A DNA stretch of 64,000 nucleotides from Candidatus Latescibacterota bacterium (GCA_965204375.1 OZ241986.1:3904001-3968000); one strand, 5' to 3'. Positions 9,832 through 20,393 are shown, counted from the stretch's first letter. Translations and numbers: made by a program. Notes: a model not told the origin generated them from the letters alone.

Positions 9832-9985
9832 ATAGTAGCCTATTTCTATGGGCCTGTCAACACTGGCAACACATATCGCTACATCTATTGCCCTGTTGAA
9901 TCTGTTGATCAAACAATAGCTCTACTTTAGGTGCAACATCACAAAAAGAAAACGCCCCAGCATCGTTGTGCCGGGGCGTTTTTTG
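9832..9985 (-). promoter_or_regulatory. Terminator + sigma70 promoter module (copy 2)
   Basis: TTGACA(9855-9860)-17-TACTAT(9832-9837). Confidence 0.75.
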
Positions 9986-10040
9986 TGTGTCCGGTAAACC
10001 AATTTCCAAATAGTGTCTGCTTCAAATCGGACAGCGCAAG

Positions 10041-10316
10041 TTATGATGATACCTCGCCGTAACTGTTGACAAAGATCAGAAAGTCGCTAACCCCAATGAT
10101 GCCATTGCCATCCAGATCGTACTTCGCGTCATACCCCGCATCGCCCTGACTTAATCCGTAATGTGCAAAAAACAGCAAATAGTCATCAATATTGACGCGA
10201 CCATCGCCATTAAAGTCAGGCGTAGCCACTGCTTCGATAACAAAGGTAGAAGGCTGCTCAATTCCCGCAACTGTCACTCCAACAACAGTCGTCTCCAAAG
10301 AATTCCCAAGTGTCAA
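10041..10316 (-). pseudogene. C-terminal dockerin/EF-hand-like fragment
   Basis: PDFNGDGRVNIDDY..YDLDGNGIIGVSDF, lacking an N-terminus. Confidence 0.6.
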
Positions 10317-10653
10317 AACCGTCTGTGCTCGACCACTCGAAACGGACGATCATTCGGCAAGAAATAGATCATTCGCATGGTGCGGGGTTCGCCAACGTTC
10401 AGATTAAGTGCTTGCGTGGAATCGAGAGGTCACCTACTCAGCGCAAGTGATACACTTTCTCCCTCGAATGCTGAATACAGGACTTACCCATCGCACGGCC
10501 TTCGCTGTTGCTAAAACTTGCACTACTCATACACCTTACTATCCCGAGCATAAACCACATAGAATCTGTTGTTGACATACATGATACTGTTCGGATGTCT
10601 GTTGTCGCGATCCAGATCAAAATACAGGGCTATGATGGCTCGTCATTTGCCTC

Positions 10654-11373
10654 TCAATGCACCAATTTGATGCCCCATTCAACACATCGCGTTTCGACTT
10701 CATTGAGCGGTGCCATCGTCACGATCACGCCATCGACTGTTTTATCGGGGTGCAATGTCCGCATCAACGCCACTTTATCGGCAAAGCGATCCACATCTTC
10801 CAACTCGCAAACAGACTTCACCTCAAACACCAGTAAAGTGCTATTATCGACCAGAATATCGACTTCGTAGCGGCGCCCTGAAGGCCCGATCATACCATCC
10901 ACATCTTCTATCGGCTGTCGCAAACGCACATTCTCAGATAAAACATCGTCCCGCCCAAGTACCAATCTCATTGTGCCAGCAACAACATCCTCCAGTTTTT
11001 TGCCAGACCGCGTTTGGAAACGACCCACGATCATCTCGACCCAATCTCTCAGATCGGAAAACCGCTGATCCATCTGGTCAAACCGTTCATCAACTTTCTC
11101 AAATCGCTCATTGACTTCTGACCGAAACGTTACCATTTCCGACTGAAATGTTTCCATTCCTGACCGAAATGTTTCCATTCCTGACCGAAATGTATCAAAT
11201 TCGCCCCGAAAATCGCGCAATTCAGAAAGGACTGCTGCTACTTCTTCTTTTGTGGCAAAAGTCCGCATAAAAGCCGTATAGATTCGCCGTTCCATCTCTG
11301 GATGCCGTGCAAGCAAAGCTGGCAACTGCTTCTCAAGCGTCTCTAACAATTCTTCATCTGTCAACAGGGCCAT
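10654..11373 (-). CDS. Coiled-coil + PD-(D/E)XK nuclease-like protein (DUF3782-like)
   Basis: Heptad repeats (FRSGMET)n, then EVDILV..LVFEVKS. Confidence 0.7.
   Translation of the reverse strand: MALLTDEELLETLEKQLPALLARHPEMERRIYTAFMRTFATKEEVAAVLSELRDFRGEFDTFRSGMETFRSGMETFQSEMVTFRSEVNERFEKVDERFDQMDQRFSDLRDWVEMIVGRFQTRSGKKLEDVVAGTMRLVLGRDDVLSENVRLRQPIEDVDGMIGPSGRRYEVDILVDNSTLLVFEVKSVCELEDVDRFADKVALMRTLHPDKTVDGVIVTMAPLNEVETRCVEWGIKLVH
11119..11192. repeat. In-frame 21-bp tandem repeat encoding heptads
   Basis: Unit approximately TGACCGAAATGTTTCCATTCC, about 3.5 imperfect copies. Confidence 0.75.
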
Positions 11374-11439
11374 CTCTCATTCCTCATTGGGGGTTTCCAT
11401 AACGCAAGGCCAACAGGCCCAATGACCTTGATCAGATCA

Positions 11440-11590
11440 AAAGTAGCCTATTTCTATGGGCCTGTCAACACTGGCAACACATATCGCTACATCCATTGCC
11501 TTGTTGAATCTGTTGATCAAACAATAGCTCTACTTTAGGTGCAACATCACAAAAAGAAAACGCCTCAGCATCGTTGTGCCGGGGCGTTTT
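11440..11590 (-). promoter_or_regulatory. Terminator + sigma70 promoter module (copy 3)
   Basis: TTGACA(11463-11468)-17-TACTTT, same sequence as the 2278 and 9832 modules. Confidence 0.7.
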
Positions 11591-11704
11591 TGCGTGTCAG
11601 GTAAATTCATCTTGAATTCACGCTATTTGCATAAGCGCAAATCGCGCTCAGTTTCGGGTCATCCCCCCAATACTTATAAAAATTTTCTGAGCATCAGAAG
11701 CAGG

Positions 11705-12490
11705 TCAAAACGATTCGCTCGAAATGAACTTATAGAAACGCGCCTCCACTGCCTTCAAGCGCGACTTATAGACCGCTTTTTCGGTTGGACCGGTTGAATC
11801 AAATACCCGCACAAAAAACCGGCATTCTTTCGACTGGGAAAATTCGAACAACTGAGACGTTGCCCCAAGAAAGGCTTTTTCCGAAATATCCTGTGCCAAA
11901 ATAACGTTTTGAACCGGCAGATTTCCCCGTTCCTCCGTGCGATGAGGCAGGTCTGTCTCCCGCACAACCAGTCCAGTGGGCGTCAGTTTTACGTCGTAGA
12001 TATACTCAACCGTGCCATCGTCGCGCGTCCAGCAGGACGGAACTTCGGTCCCTTTACCCGCTGATATGAGTTTTCCATAGCTAATCAACGTGTCCTTTAC
12101 AGCATCTGGATTTTCGCCAAATCCAACCGCTCTTGCACCTTCACGAATCTTTTCAACATATTGCTTCGCCTTCTCCAGTTCTCTTTCCACATCATCAACA
12201 TCCTTATCGCCAAACGCCTTCTTAAACGCTACAAGACTATCCTGCCCGCTTCTCCATTCGCGTATCAAGTCCTCCCACGTCTTCCCATCAGGCGGTTTCG
12301 GAGGCACTTCACTGTGCTGTCCCCTTTTCAGGTCCTCTTGCACTTCCTTCAATTTTTCTCCCTGCACTGCCAACAACGCTGCAAAAGTGATCAGCAGTAC
12401 GAAAATGATCAGAAGCGCGACCTCTGCCATCGTAAAGCCGAGAACAAGACCGCGCTGATAGGATTTGTTCTGCGTCTCAATGGTTGCCAT
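11705..12490 (-). CDS. MotB/ZorB-like single-pass membrane protein with non-OmpA C-terminal domain
   Basis: N-terminal TM GFTMAEVALLIIFVLLITF with an acidic residue in the MotB Asp-like position, coiled coil, C-terminal domain with PSCW..CRFFV. Overlaps the upstream MotA-like gene. Confidence 0.5.
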   Translation of the reverse strand: MATIETQNKSYQRGLVLGFTMAEVALLIIFVLLITFAALLAVQGEKLKEVQEDLKRGQHSEVPPKPPDGKTWEDLIREWRSGQDSLVAFKKAFGDKDVDDVERELEKAKQYVEKIREGARAVGFGENPDAVKDTLISYGKLISAGKGTEVPSCWTRDDGTVEYIYDVKLTPTGLVVRETDLPHRTEERGNLPVQNVILAQDISEKAFLGATSQLFEFSQSKECRFFVRVFDSTGPTEKAVYKSRLKAVEARFYKFISSESF

Positions 12491-13886
12491 CTTTGGAATC
12501 TTGTTCTTTTTCAGGTTTTACAGGTTGAAAAAAGTTGCGAATTTTGCGCATCCAATTCTGACTTGTTGGGTGCGCATCAGTGGTGTTGCATAAGCTTTGT
12601 TCGAGTGCAGCTACCGCGCTTTGCACCTTGTTCAATGTCTGAACCAGATCACCTCCCGCTGTGCCAATTTGCTCCGCACTTCTCTGCAACGGCTCAACGG
12701 ACTGATTCAGCAATTTTTCAGGTAGATCATCCGATACCTCAATATTGCTGATCCGTTGTGACAGGTCCTGCATACTTTCCACAAAAGCATTTGTGCTCTC
12801 ACGCATCTTGTTGCTATCTGTCTCAAAGCCTTCATTCGCGGCCTTAATAACGCCAGTGAATTTTTGCAAATCCCGCTCGAAATTCTGGGCGGCATTTTCG
12901 AACTGAGAGCTAAGACCACGCTCCATTTTATCCAGAAAAGCGGCAATAGCCCCCTGTAAATCGCGCTCAAATTTATCCGTTGGAATCCGGGTATTATTCA
13001 ATCGATCTGCAAGTGTCTCTCCCGCAGTGCCTATCTGCTCGGCAACCGCTTCAATCTGCCAGCTCAATGGTTGCAAGATCTTTTCAAGGAGGTCTTCCGG
13101 CGCAGAGATTTTGTCGATTTTTGCGACAAGACCATTGAGGCTTTCTGCTATGGCCTCCGAACCTTCTTGCAACTTTTGTCGGCTCTCTCCCAGAGTGTTG
13201 GCTGCACTGTCAATGACAGATTTTGCCTCCTCGAATCCGCGTTGCAACTTCTGCTGGTTCTCATCGAAACGATTATCTGCTTCCTGTACGGTTGCAACAA
13301 ACTTTGTTACCGCTGTATCGAGCTGGGACAGACTCTGTTGCAAATTTTCGTCAATTGCATTCTTTGTCTCATCGAGTCCCTGCCTCAAATTTTCCTGCAT
13401 CTCCCGACTATATTGCAAAAAACTGCGGGTTGCATCACGTAGCCCCAAATTAAGCTCTCTTACCACATCCGCCAGTTCGACACGCGCGCGCTCCTCGATC
13501 TCTTCTGGATCTGTCTGATTCAGACCGAAATAGACTCGAAAAGCGACCCCCAATATGGTCGAAAAGATAGCGATCCCGAAGTTTGTGATAATTGGGGTGA
13601 TGGATTCGATATCTTCTTGTTTTGGGGTAAACTCATAAAGCGAAACAGCCAGACTGACAAGCGTATATAAAAGCCCAAGATAGTAGAGATTGTCGCCAAT
13701 TAAATTGAGGTAAGCGCGCAGTTTATAGTGCCATATTGCATAGCCCAACATGATCGCTACTGGACAAGCGGTCACGCCAAACTGATTCACACCCAGCAAC
13801 TTAAGAATGATGATCCCGGCCGATCCCAATAAGAAACAAGCCAAAAAAATCTTCGGATTCAAAGATTCAGCGCGTCTATCCATCAA
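12477..13886 (-). CDS. MotA/TolQ/ExbB(ZorA)-like membrane protein with long coiled-coil tail
   Basis: TMs GDNLYYLGLLYTLVSL and NFGIAIFSTILGV, then ~330 aa of helical/coiled-coil sequence. Confidence 0.6.
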   Translation of the reverse strand: MMDRRAESLNPKIFLACFLLGSAGIIILKLLGVNQFGVTACPVAIMLGYAIWHYKLRAYLNLIGDNLYYLGLLYTLVSLAVSLYEFTPKQEDIESITPIITNFGIAIFSTILGVAFRVYFGLNQTDPEEIEERARVELADVVRELNLGLRDATRSFLQYSREMQENLRQGLDETKNAIDENLQQSLSQLDTAVTKFVATVQEADNRFDENQQKLQRGFEEAKSVIDSAANTLGESRQKLQEGSEAIAESLNGLVAKIDKISAPEDLLEKILQPLSWQIEAVAEQIGTAGETLADRLNNTRIPTDKFERDLQGAIAAFLDKMERGLSSQFENAAQNFERDLQKFTGVIKAANEGFETDSNKMRESTNAFVESMQDLSQRISNIEVSDDLPEKLLNQSVEPLQRSAEQIGTAGGDLVQTLNKVQSAVAALEQSLCNTTDAHPTSQNWMRKIRNFFQPVKPEKEQDSKDGNH

Positions 13887-14698
13887 TCGTTTATCCCCGA
13901 AGTTCTAAGCACACGGACGACTCGCCCCCCATGTTCTTTGAGCCAGGATTGGAAGAATTTCAAGAGAGATCCACCATCGCCCTGCTGCGATTGTCTTCGC
14001 TGAATAAGCCATATCTCGATATCGACATCCCGCAGATCGGGGTTCAGCCCTCGCGCTTCGGGAGTCCGCTGGAAACGGTTGAAATCCGGTAGCTCTCTGT
14101 AAAATGAAATCGCGTCGCTGTTTTGCAGAAGATCCGAAATAATGATAAGACGCCGCGGAATAGTATCGCGCCCGGCCGCCTGGAAGTGCGTTATAGAAAC
14201 CGACTGCACGGATTCCATGATCGGCGACAATGGTGCTTCTTTTTCAGTAAGCAAATTTTTAAGTACTTTTTCCAATGGCTGTCGAAACTTCTGATTCCAT
14301 TTTCGACGAATTATCGCTGCGGATTCGATTAAGGGATCGGCCTCGTCCGGGTCGCCGGGATTGCAAACCTGGATAAGCGGATCAAGGGTTTTTTCCCGGG
14401 TGGAATCCACTGCAAAAATACTGATCTCGTGATTTTCCTCACTCTCAATAAGGCAGTTCCAGATTTGATTGTTCAAATCAGCCCTAGTCGTGGCCCCGAA
14501 TGAATCGGTGCGATCAAGCAGAATCGCCGTAATTGAAGATGGCCCCTCTGATCTGCAAAGGGTATCCGGATTGCGCACAACCGGGTCTGGGATGTTCAAA
14601 AAAATAAAAATCACAATTGTAAGCACGACCACCATTATCCCAACACCTGCTACGTACAATAGTGTATCTTGCCTCTTCTTTTTTTGCCGTCTCGTCAT
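13883..14698 (-). CDS. Membrane-anchored vWA-like protein
   Basis: N-terminal TM, MIDAS-like AILLDRTDS, later RLIIISDLLQN. Confidence 0.5.
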   Translation of the reverse strand: MTRRQKKKRQDTLLYVAGVGIMVVVLTIVIFIFLNIPDPVVRNPDTLCRSEGPSSITAILLDRTDSFGATTRADLNNQIWNCLIESEENHEISIFAVDSTREKTLDPLIQVCNPGDPDEADPLIESAAIIRRKWNQKFRQPLEKVLKNLLTEKEAPLSPIMESVQSVSITHFQAAGRDTIPRRLIIISDLLQNSDAISFYRELPDFNRFQRTPEARGLNPDLRDVDIEIWLIQRRQSQQGDGGSLLKFFQSWLKEHGGRVVRVLRTSGIND

Positions 14699-14776
14699 GA
14701 TTGGTCTCTGGGCTATCCGATTTTGATGCGTTACCTATTTCCATTTATTGAAATAGGTCAAAAACAAAATCACTCA

Positions 14777-16246
14777 CTAAAATTCGTTATAATCGGCATT
14801 CTGATTAGTTTTAGTTGGGAAAAAATCTCTTTTGATATCCCCACTGGAAGCATCGTAGTATTGTCTTAGAGATTTCAACCCTCTCTGATAGTTTTCTTCC
14901 GTCTCTTCCATGTACGTCTCAACAGTCGCCGCTGGCATGACCGGCAAATCTGCTGTTATTCTCGGCTTTGTCATTCTCCATTTTTTTCCAAATCGTTCTG
15001 GTTCCTGATTTCCTTCTCGCCATCTAATATTTGTAGCCTGGTAGCGTCTGAGTAAACCGTTTCCCAAGCTTTCTATATGGTCAATATGTCGCCGAAAAGA
15101 TTCGATAAAATTCTCATAATCGTTCTCAATTTCTTTGAATCGCCTTTCATTTCGCATAATACGTTGCTTAATATCCTCCAGTTTTTTGACTTCTTGCTGG
15201 AATTTGTTATGCAATTTTTCTTGATGTTCCCTGTAGATTTCTTTGTATTCTTCTTCTGCTTTTATAACTGAGCGAGCATGCTTCCCATAACCTGGATATA
15301 GATCATCCCACATTATTCCATCAATAAAGCTAATAATCGCAAACAGGCATCCCATCCCAAAGAGTATCCATGATTGAAACTCTTTTAGACCAAACGGATT
15401 CTCAAGGAAATTAGCGACGGCACGCAGACCTCCTTCATCAAGCACGGTGCCCGTTGATTCCCGATAGTGCGCCACCATCAGATTGAAACCGACTGCAAAT
15501 ACTACAAATGCCACTGCACAAACAGCCCCAATAAATTTTTTACCCCGATTGACATGGACCAGATTGGTAACCAATCTGCCCAACATAAAGGCAAAGCCGA
15601 GATTGAGAATTGAGATGACCGTCGCCTCAATGTAAGCCCCGTAAAATCCCAACTCGTTTCCCTTTGCCAGAAAGGATGCATTTCCCACCGTCTCAATGAA
15701 CCAGAGCACAAAGATGATACCTAAGATCAATACCTGTTGTGGCGTGGTGCGCGGATGTGGTTCTCGGTCAAGGTTATTTTCTTTTCGAAAATTCTCAAGA
15801 TCCTTTTGTTTGTTATTGAGCTTTTTTTTCTCGCCATCTAATTCCAATTCAGCCGTATGGAATAAGTCATTGAATATTTTTTCCCCTTGATCGGGATCAT
15901 TCACTCTTTTCATTTTGCCCAATTCTTCTTCAAAATTTAGCAGATTAAGACTATTTGCATAGTTCTCCCTCTTACCAGAATATGTAGCTTGTGCCCTGTC
16001 TCGAACGCCCTCAATATGTCCGATAATTTCCTGCTCTACAAAACTCCAACTGTGGCTGTCCAGCGCGGGCAATCCCTGATTTGCGTCGTCTCTGGCTCTC
16101 TCATCTATTCTTAGACTTCGCGAAGTATCATCTATACCAATTTGCTTAAATTCCCATACCGGTATCTTCTCCTCATTTTTTATACCGCTCGGCACAGCCT
16201 TTTTTGGGCCTGAAAATTTTGAACGGATTTTGTCAATAATAGACAT
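14777..16246 (-). CDS. Multi-pass membrane protein flanked by coiled coils
   Basis: About four central hydrophobic helices with charged helical N- and C-termini. First gene of the 4-gene operon. Confidence 0.6.
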   Translation of the reverse strand: MSIIDKIRSKFSGPKKAVPSGIKNEEKIPVWEFKQIGIDDTSRSLRIDERARDDANQGLPALDSHSWSFVEQEIIGHIEGVRDRAQATYSGKRENYANSLNLLNFEEELGKMKRVNDPDQGEKIFNDLFHTAELELDGEKKKLNNKQKDLENFRKENNLDREPHPRTTPQQVLILGIIFVLWFIETVGNASFLAKGNELGFYGAYIEATVISILNLGFAFMLGRLVTNLVHVNRGKKFIGAVCAVAFVVFAVGFNLMVAHYRESTGTVLDEGGLRAVANFLENPFGLKEFQSWILFGMGCLFAIISFIDGIMWDDLYPGYGKHARSVIKAEEEYKEIYREHQEKLHNKFQQEVKKLEDIKQRIMRNERRFKEIENDYENFIESFRRHIDHIESLGNGLLRRYQATNIRWREGNQEPERFGKKWRMTKPRITADLPVMPAATVETYMEETEENYQRGLKSLRQYYDASSGDIKRDFFPTKTNQNADYNEF

Positions 16247-16396
16247 AAAAATCTCCTTTAGATAATTCTACATACTGGCCTTTTGTTTGCCATTTCTGAA
16301 ACCTCATTCTACTCAAGTCCGAATCAAGTACCAATTCAATTTTGCGCTGGTCCAAAAAATTCATGCGGCAAAACACGTCCCAGAGGTGAACTTTAG

Positions 16397-16475
16397 AAGA
16401 TATATCTGCCCAAAGGCATTGTAAAATACCAACCTTTGACTCTCTTTTCTGCTCAGAAGGCGTATATTTTTTTCA
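16397..16475 (-). promoter_or_regulatory. Promoter module shared with 52201-52278
   Basis: TTTACA-17-TATCTT on the minus strand. Homologous copy TTGACA-17-TATCTT at ~52201-52229. Confidence 0.55.
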
Positions 16476-16487
16476 AGAATAGGGATC

Positions 16488-17516
16488 TCACGGCCCCCTG
16501 GATTCAGGGCGTTCGCGGGAAGGTTTTTTCGGCTCTATCTCCCTCGGTTCACGCTGTTCTCTAGAAGGGCGCTGTTCTCGGTAGGGATGCTGTCTGCGAT
16601 AGGTATCTGGTGCCACAGCCATCGTCCGCACAACCCGAAAACCGATGTAATTTGTGGTCCCATGCGCCCTGGCGTAATGCCGTGCGGATGAACGGAAAGG
16701 GACGAGAACACTGCGGCCATACTCGTACCAGGAACCACCCCGCAGGACGCGCATCTCGCAATTGCCTTCTCGCCAAACACTGCCATCGGATGGCGCACCG
16801 TCGTAGGTGTCATTCCAGCAGTCCGCTGTCCACTCCAGCACATTTCCGATCATATCGTACAAACCAAAATTGTTCGGGCGATACGACCCGACAGGTACTG
16901 TTGAACGTTTTTCTTCGGCACAATTATAAATAGGTCCCACATTTGCATAGGCACAAATCTCAGTCAGTCGGGGATCCTCCCCCCAATAATAGGGCGTTGG
17001 CGTGTCAGCCCGCACAGCATACTCCCACTCTGCCTCACTCAACAGACGATACGGCTTCCCCGTCTTGCGACTGAGCCACGAGACATATCTCTGCGCGTCG
17101 TTCCAATCCACATGGATCACCGGGCGATTGCCCCTGCCCCACTTTTCGTCTCCAGGCTTATGGCCATTGCACCCACCATCCGCCACACAGGCATCCCATT
17201 CGGCAAACGTTACCTCATATCGCCCCACGGCAATGGGCTGTCCAATCGTCACCAGATGCTGCGGCATTTCGGCCCGACGCACACTCAGCCCTCGTCTTGC
17301 GGAGCCCATCAGAAAGTGCCCCGGTGGCAAAATAACCACCTCTGGACATTCTGGACAATCCCGGAACACATCGCCGACAAACCTGATCGTCGGCTGCTGC
17401 CTGGGCAAAACCACCACATCCTGTGGCGGCATTTGCGCCGATGTAGTGCCCATATTGGACAAGACCCCCATCAACAGGACCCCACCCCAAATAAAAGCGC
17501 GTAATTTCAACGACAT
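16488..17516 (-). CDS. Secreted FGE-sulfatase (SUMF1) domain protein
   Basis: DCPECPE, YEVTFAEW, RLLSEAEWEYA, FGLYDMIGNVLEW, RVLRGGSW, IGFRVVR. Confidence 0.9.
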   Translation of the reverse strand: MSLKLRAFIWGGVLLMGVLSNMGTTSAQMPPQDVVVLPRQQPTIRFVGDVFRDCPECPEVVILPPGHFLMGSARRGLSVRRAEMPQHLVTIGQPIAVGRYEVTFAEWDACVADGGCNGHKPGDEKWGRGNRPVIHVDWNDAQRYVSWLSRKTGKPYRLLSEAEWEYAVRADTPTPYYWGEDPRLTEICAYANVGPIYNCAEEKRSTVPVGSYRPNNFGLYDMIGNVLEWTADCWNDTYDGAPSDGSVWREGNCEMRVLRGGSWYEYGRSVLVPFRSSARHYARAHGTTNYIGFRVVRTMAVAPDTYRRQHPYREQRPSREQREPREIEPKKPSRERPESRGP

Positions 17517-17534
17517 GACCTTTTCTCCAATTTT

Positions 17535-20393
17535 TTAACGCGACAAAAGCGGTTCGTAAATATTCTTGTTATCCGCGATTAAATTACCTCTCGGATTCCA
17601 CGCCAAATCTGTGATTGTACCACCTGTTTGAATCTGTTTTTCTATTTCCCAGGTATCTGTTCTCCAGAAAGTTATAATACCATCTTCGTCTCCGGCTGCG
17701 AGATACCGACCATCGGGTCTAAAGGTAAGTTCAAAGACATTGCCTGCATCTATCTCTCGAACCTTCCCTTCACGGATCACATCCCAAATCGTTATACTGG
17801 TATTATTGCCATCATATCCGTCGGCTGCGAGATACGGCTCATTCGGACTGAACGCCACGGCATAGACATTGCCTCCGGATGTCATAGAGCGACCATCCGC
17901 ATTATCTGTCCACCAACTGCTCACTTCCCACAGGTTCGCATTACCAGCATCATCTCCCGTAGCCAAATACCGCCCATTCGGACTGAACGCCACGGCATAA
18001 ACCTCGGAGACACCTTGCATTCCCCACCCGTTCAGACGGCCACCGCTCAGATCCCAGATCCAAGCATAGGGAAGATCAACGCCTATGGCGACATAATTCC
18101 CATTGGGGCTGAAGGCGATAGAATTGACACGCGTTGCTCTATCACTCGTCGCACCAACCCCCGTGCGCTGACTCTCTGTACCACTATCTACGCTCAGAAG
18201 AGCCACATAAGGGCCGTCCCTATCGGATCCATCTGCAGCGACATACCGCCCATCAGGGCTGAAAGTAACAACCACGACTTCACCCCCAAGACGCTTCCAC
18301 CAGATGTTCCTGCTGCTATCCAAATCCCACAGACCCACATCGCCCTGATCATCTCCTGTTGCGATATATCTTCCGTCGGGACTGAAAGCAACGGTAAGAG
18401 TCCCGCTATAAAGCGCATAGACCGCCAGATCATCCCCATCACTGATCAAATGCGCGTGAAGCGTATATTCCCCTGCATCTGAGGCATCATAGCCTTCTAC
18501 TTTGACATAATACGTACCCGCATTTACGGATCGTTCTATTCTAAAATTATCTCCGCTTCCACCATCGTCATTATTCGTCAGCGCAGAACCAGAACTATTT
18601 TGTAGCGTACCCCGCGTATCCAGATTGCCCGTCGTATAAACGATCAACCTGCCAGACTCGTTTACCCGCACGCTAAAATAATCGACATCACCGTCAGTTT
18701 CTATGCGTCCTGAAAGTGAACTGCCCAACACCAGGCTGGTCGCACCAGACCTGCTATTGCTGTAATCATCATCCGGCGCACCTCCACCGCCGCCACTAAT
18801 GGAGATATTCAGGGCAATACCCCCGAGGTCACGCAATCCAGTAACGAGGTCTTCGACATGAGAACCATCAAGATTCGAACGCTGGATCTTATTTGTGCTG
18901 CGGTTCGTCCAGTACATCTTCCCGCCAGCCACATCCAGAGCAATGCTATTTGGACCTTTAAAAAGATGCAGGCCGCCCAATCTGGTGACGAGGTCTTCCA
19001 CATTGGAACCATCAAGATTCGAACGCTGGATCTTATATGCGCCCTCATTTGTCCAGTATATCTTCCCGCCAGCCACATCCAGAGCGATACCACTGGGAAA
19101 AATCCCCATCCCAGCGAGGCGAATATCTTCGACATTGGAACCATTCATATTCGCACGCTGGATCTTATATACTTTGTCTCCACCCGCTGAAGTCGTCCAG
19201 TACATCTTCCCACCAGCCACATCCAGAGCAATACGATTTGGATCGGGTAATCCGGTGACGAGGTCTTCCACATTGGAACCATCAAGATTCGCACGCTGGA
19301 TCTTACCAGCAAACGCGGCTGTCCAGTATATTTTTCCCCTTCTCAGATCCAGGGCAATACCATTGGGGGTACGCAATCCAGTAACGAGGTCTTCCACATT
19401 GGAACCATCAAGATTTGCACGCTGGATCTTACCATCATGCCAATTCGCCCAGTACATTTTGCCCCCAGCCACATCCAGAGCGATGCCTTTTACCCCGCGG
19501 TAATCTGAGCCGATGGCGACGAGGTCTTCGACATTAGAACCATCGAGATTCGCGCGCTGGATATCGTACGCATCTTCTTTTGTCCAGTACATCTTCGGCG
19601 CACTATCCCCGCTACCCCCACCACTCCCACCACCCCCGCCACCTCCACCAGAGGGAGATACTGTTTGCCCGAAGTCATTGACCAGGATCACAAAATCTGA
19701 AAAACCAATCGCACCATCGCTATCCAGATCGTACTTCGCCTGATATTTGCCATCGCCCCGGCGCGATCCAAACACATTTGCAAACTGCACAAAGTCGGCA
19801 AAGCCAACCACCCCATCGCCGTCAAAATCGGGTGTGGGAGCCACGGACCCCGACTGCAACGACACACTCACACTCAGCGTCACGCGCTCAAATTGTCCTC
19901 CCCGACCGAGTTCACCGCGCACCAGCCGAATATTCGTACCCGAAAACGCCGCCATCGTGCGAAAGCGAATCGCCCCAACCAGACCCGTATTGACCGTAGC
20001 CTGACCACCCAGAGCACCAATACTAATCTGTACGAAGGTAGGACTTGTACCATGCTCTGCTGGCAGCACAACAACATTTGGCAGCACATCGCCCGCATCA
20101 AAACCGTCATAAATGACCTGACTCGCATCGTACTCAAAACGAACAGAAATACCATTCGCATTTTGAATGTCTCTGCCAAAAATCTGAATGGCAACAACCT
20201 GATCGAACGATACATTGGCAGACAGCACCGCTTGATCCCCCGCTGCACTGTTCACATCCAGAGACAGGGAAAAACTGCTCTGCGAGGACAGCGACAGCGG
20301 AAAAATCAAAAACGCGATGGCTATGATGACAAAAGGCGTACTACGCATGGTTTTTTTCAAAGAATTCGAAGTGGTTTGCAGGACCGTTTCCAT
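17535..20393 (-). CDS. Secreted multidomain protein: cohesin-like, dockerin-like, YWTD (LDLR-B) propeller, PPC domain, WD40 propeller (probable start 20348)
   Basis: Repeats GIALDVAGGKMYWT..KIQRANLDGSNVEDLV, GDVDYFSV..NDDGG, VAFSPNGRYLA. Confidence 0.85.
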   Translation of the reverse strand: METVLQTTSNSLKKTMRSTPFVIIAIAFLIFPLSLSSQSSFSLSLDVNSAAGDQAVLSANVSFDQVVAIQIFGRDIQNANGISVRFEYDASQVIYDGFDAGDVLPNVVVLPAEHGTSPTFVQISIGALGGQATVNTGLVGAIRFRTMAAFSGTNIRLVRGELGRGGQFERVTLSVSVSLQSGSVAPTPDFDGDGVVGFADFVQFANVFGSRRGDGKYQAKYDLDSDGAIGFSDFVILVNDFGQTVSPSGGGGGGGGSGGGSGDSAPKMYWTKEDAYDIQRANLDGSNVEDLVAIGSDYRGVKGIALDVAGGKMYWANWHDGKIQRANLDGSNVEDLVTGLRTPNGIALDLRRGKIYWTAAFAGKIQRANLDGSNVEDLVTGLPDPNRIALDVAGGKMYWTTSAGGDKVYKIQRANMNGSNVEDIRLAGMGIFPSGIALDVAGGKIYWTNEGAYKIQRSNLDGSNVEDLVTRLGGLHLFKGPNSIALDVAGGKMYWTNRSTNKIQRSNLDGSHVEDLVTGLRDLGGIALNISISGGGGGAPDDDYSNSRSGATSLVLGSSLSGRIETDGDVDYFSVRVNESGRLIVYTTGNLDTRGTLQNSSGSALTNNDDGGSGDNFRIERSVNAGTYYVKVEGYDASDAGEYTLHAHLISDGDDLAVYALYSGTLTVAFSPDGRYIATGDDQGDVGLWDLDSSRNIWWKRLGGEVVVVTFSPDGRYVAADGSDRDGPYVALLSVDSGTESQRTGVGATSDRATRVNSIAFSPNGNYVAIGVDLPYAWIWDLSGGRLNGWGMQGVSEVYAVAFSPNGRYLATGDDAGNANLWEVSSWWTDNADGRSMTSGGNVYAVAFSPNEPYLAADGYDGNNTSITIWDVIREGKVREIDAGNVFELTFRPDGRYLAAGDEDGIITFWRTDTWEIEKQIQTGGTITDLAWNPRGNLIADNKNIYEPLLSR

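Noticed and set aside
11705-16246. Canonical Zorya type I/II/III or flagellar motAB
   Set aside because: No OmpA-like domain, no ZorC/D/E-like partners recognised and no flagellar genes nearby. Kept only as Zorya-like.
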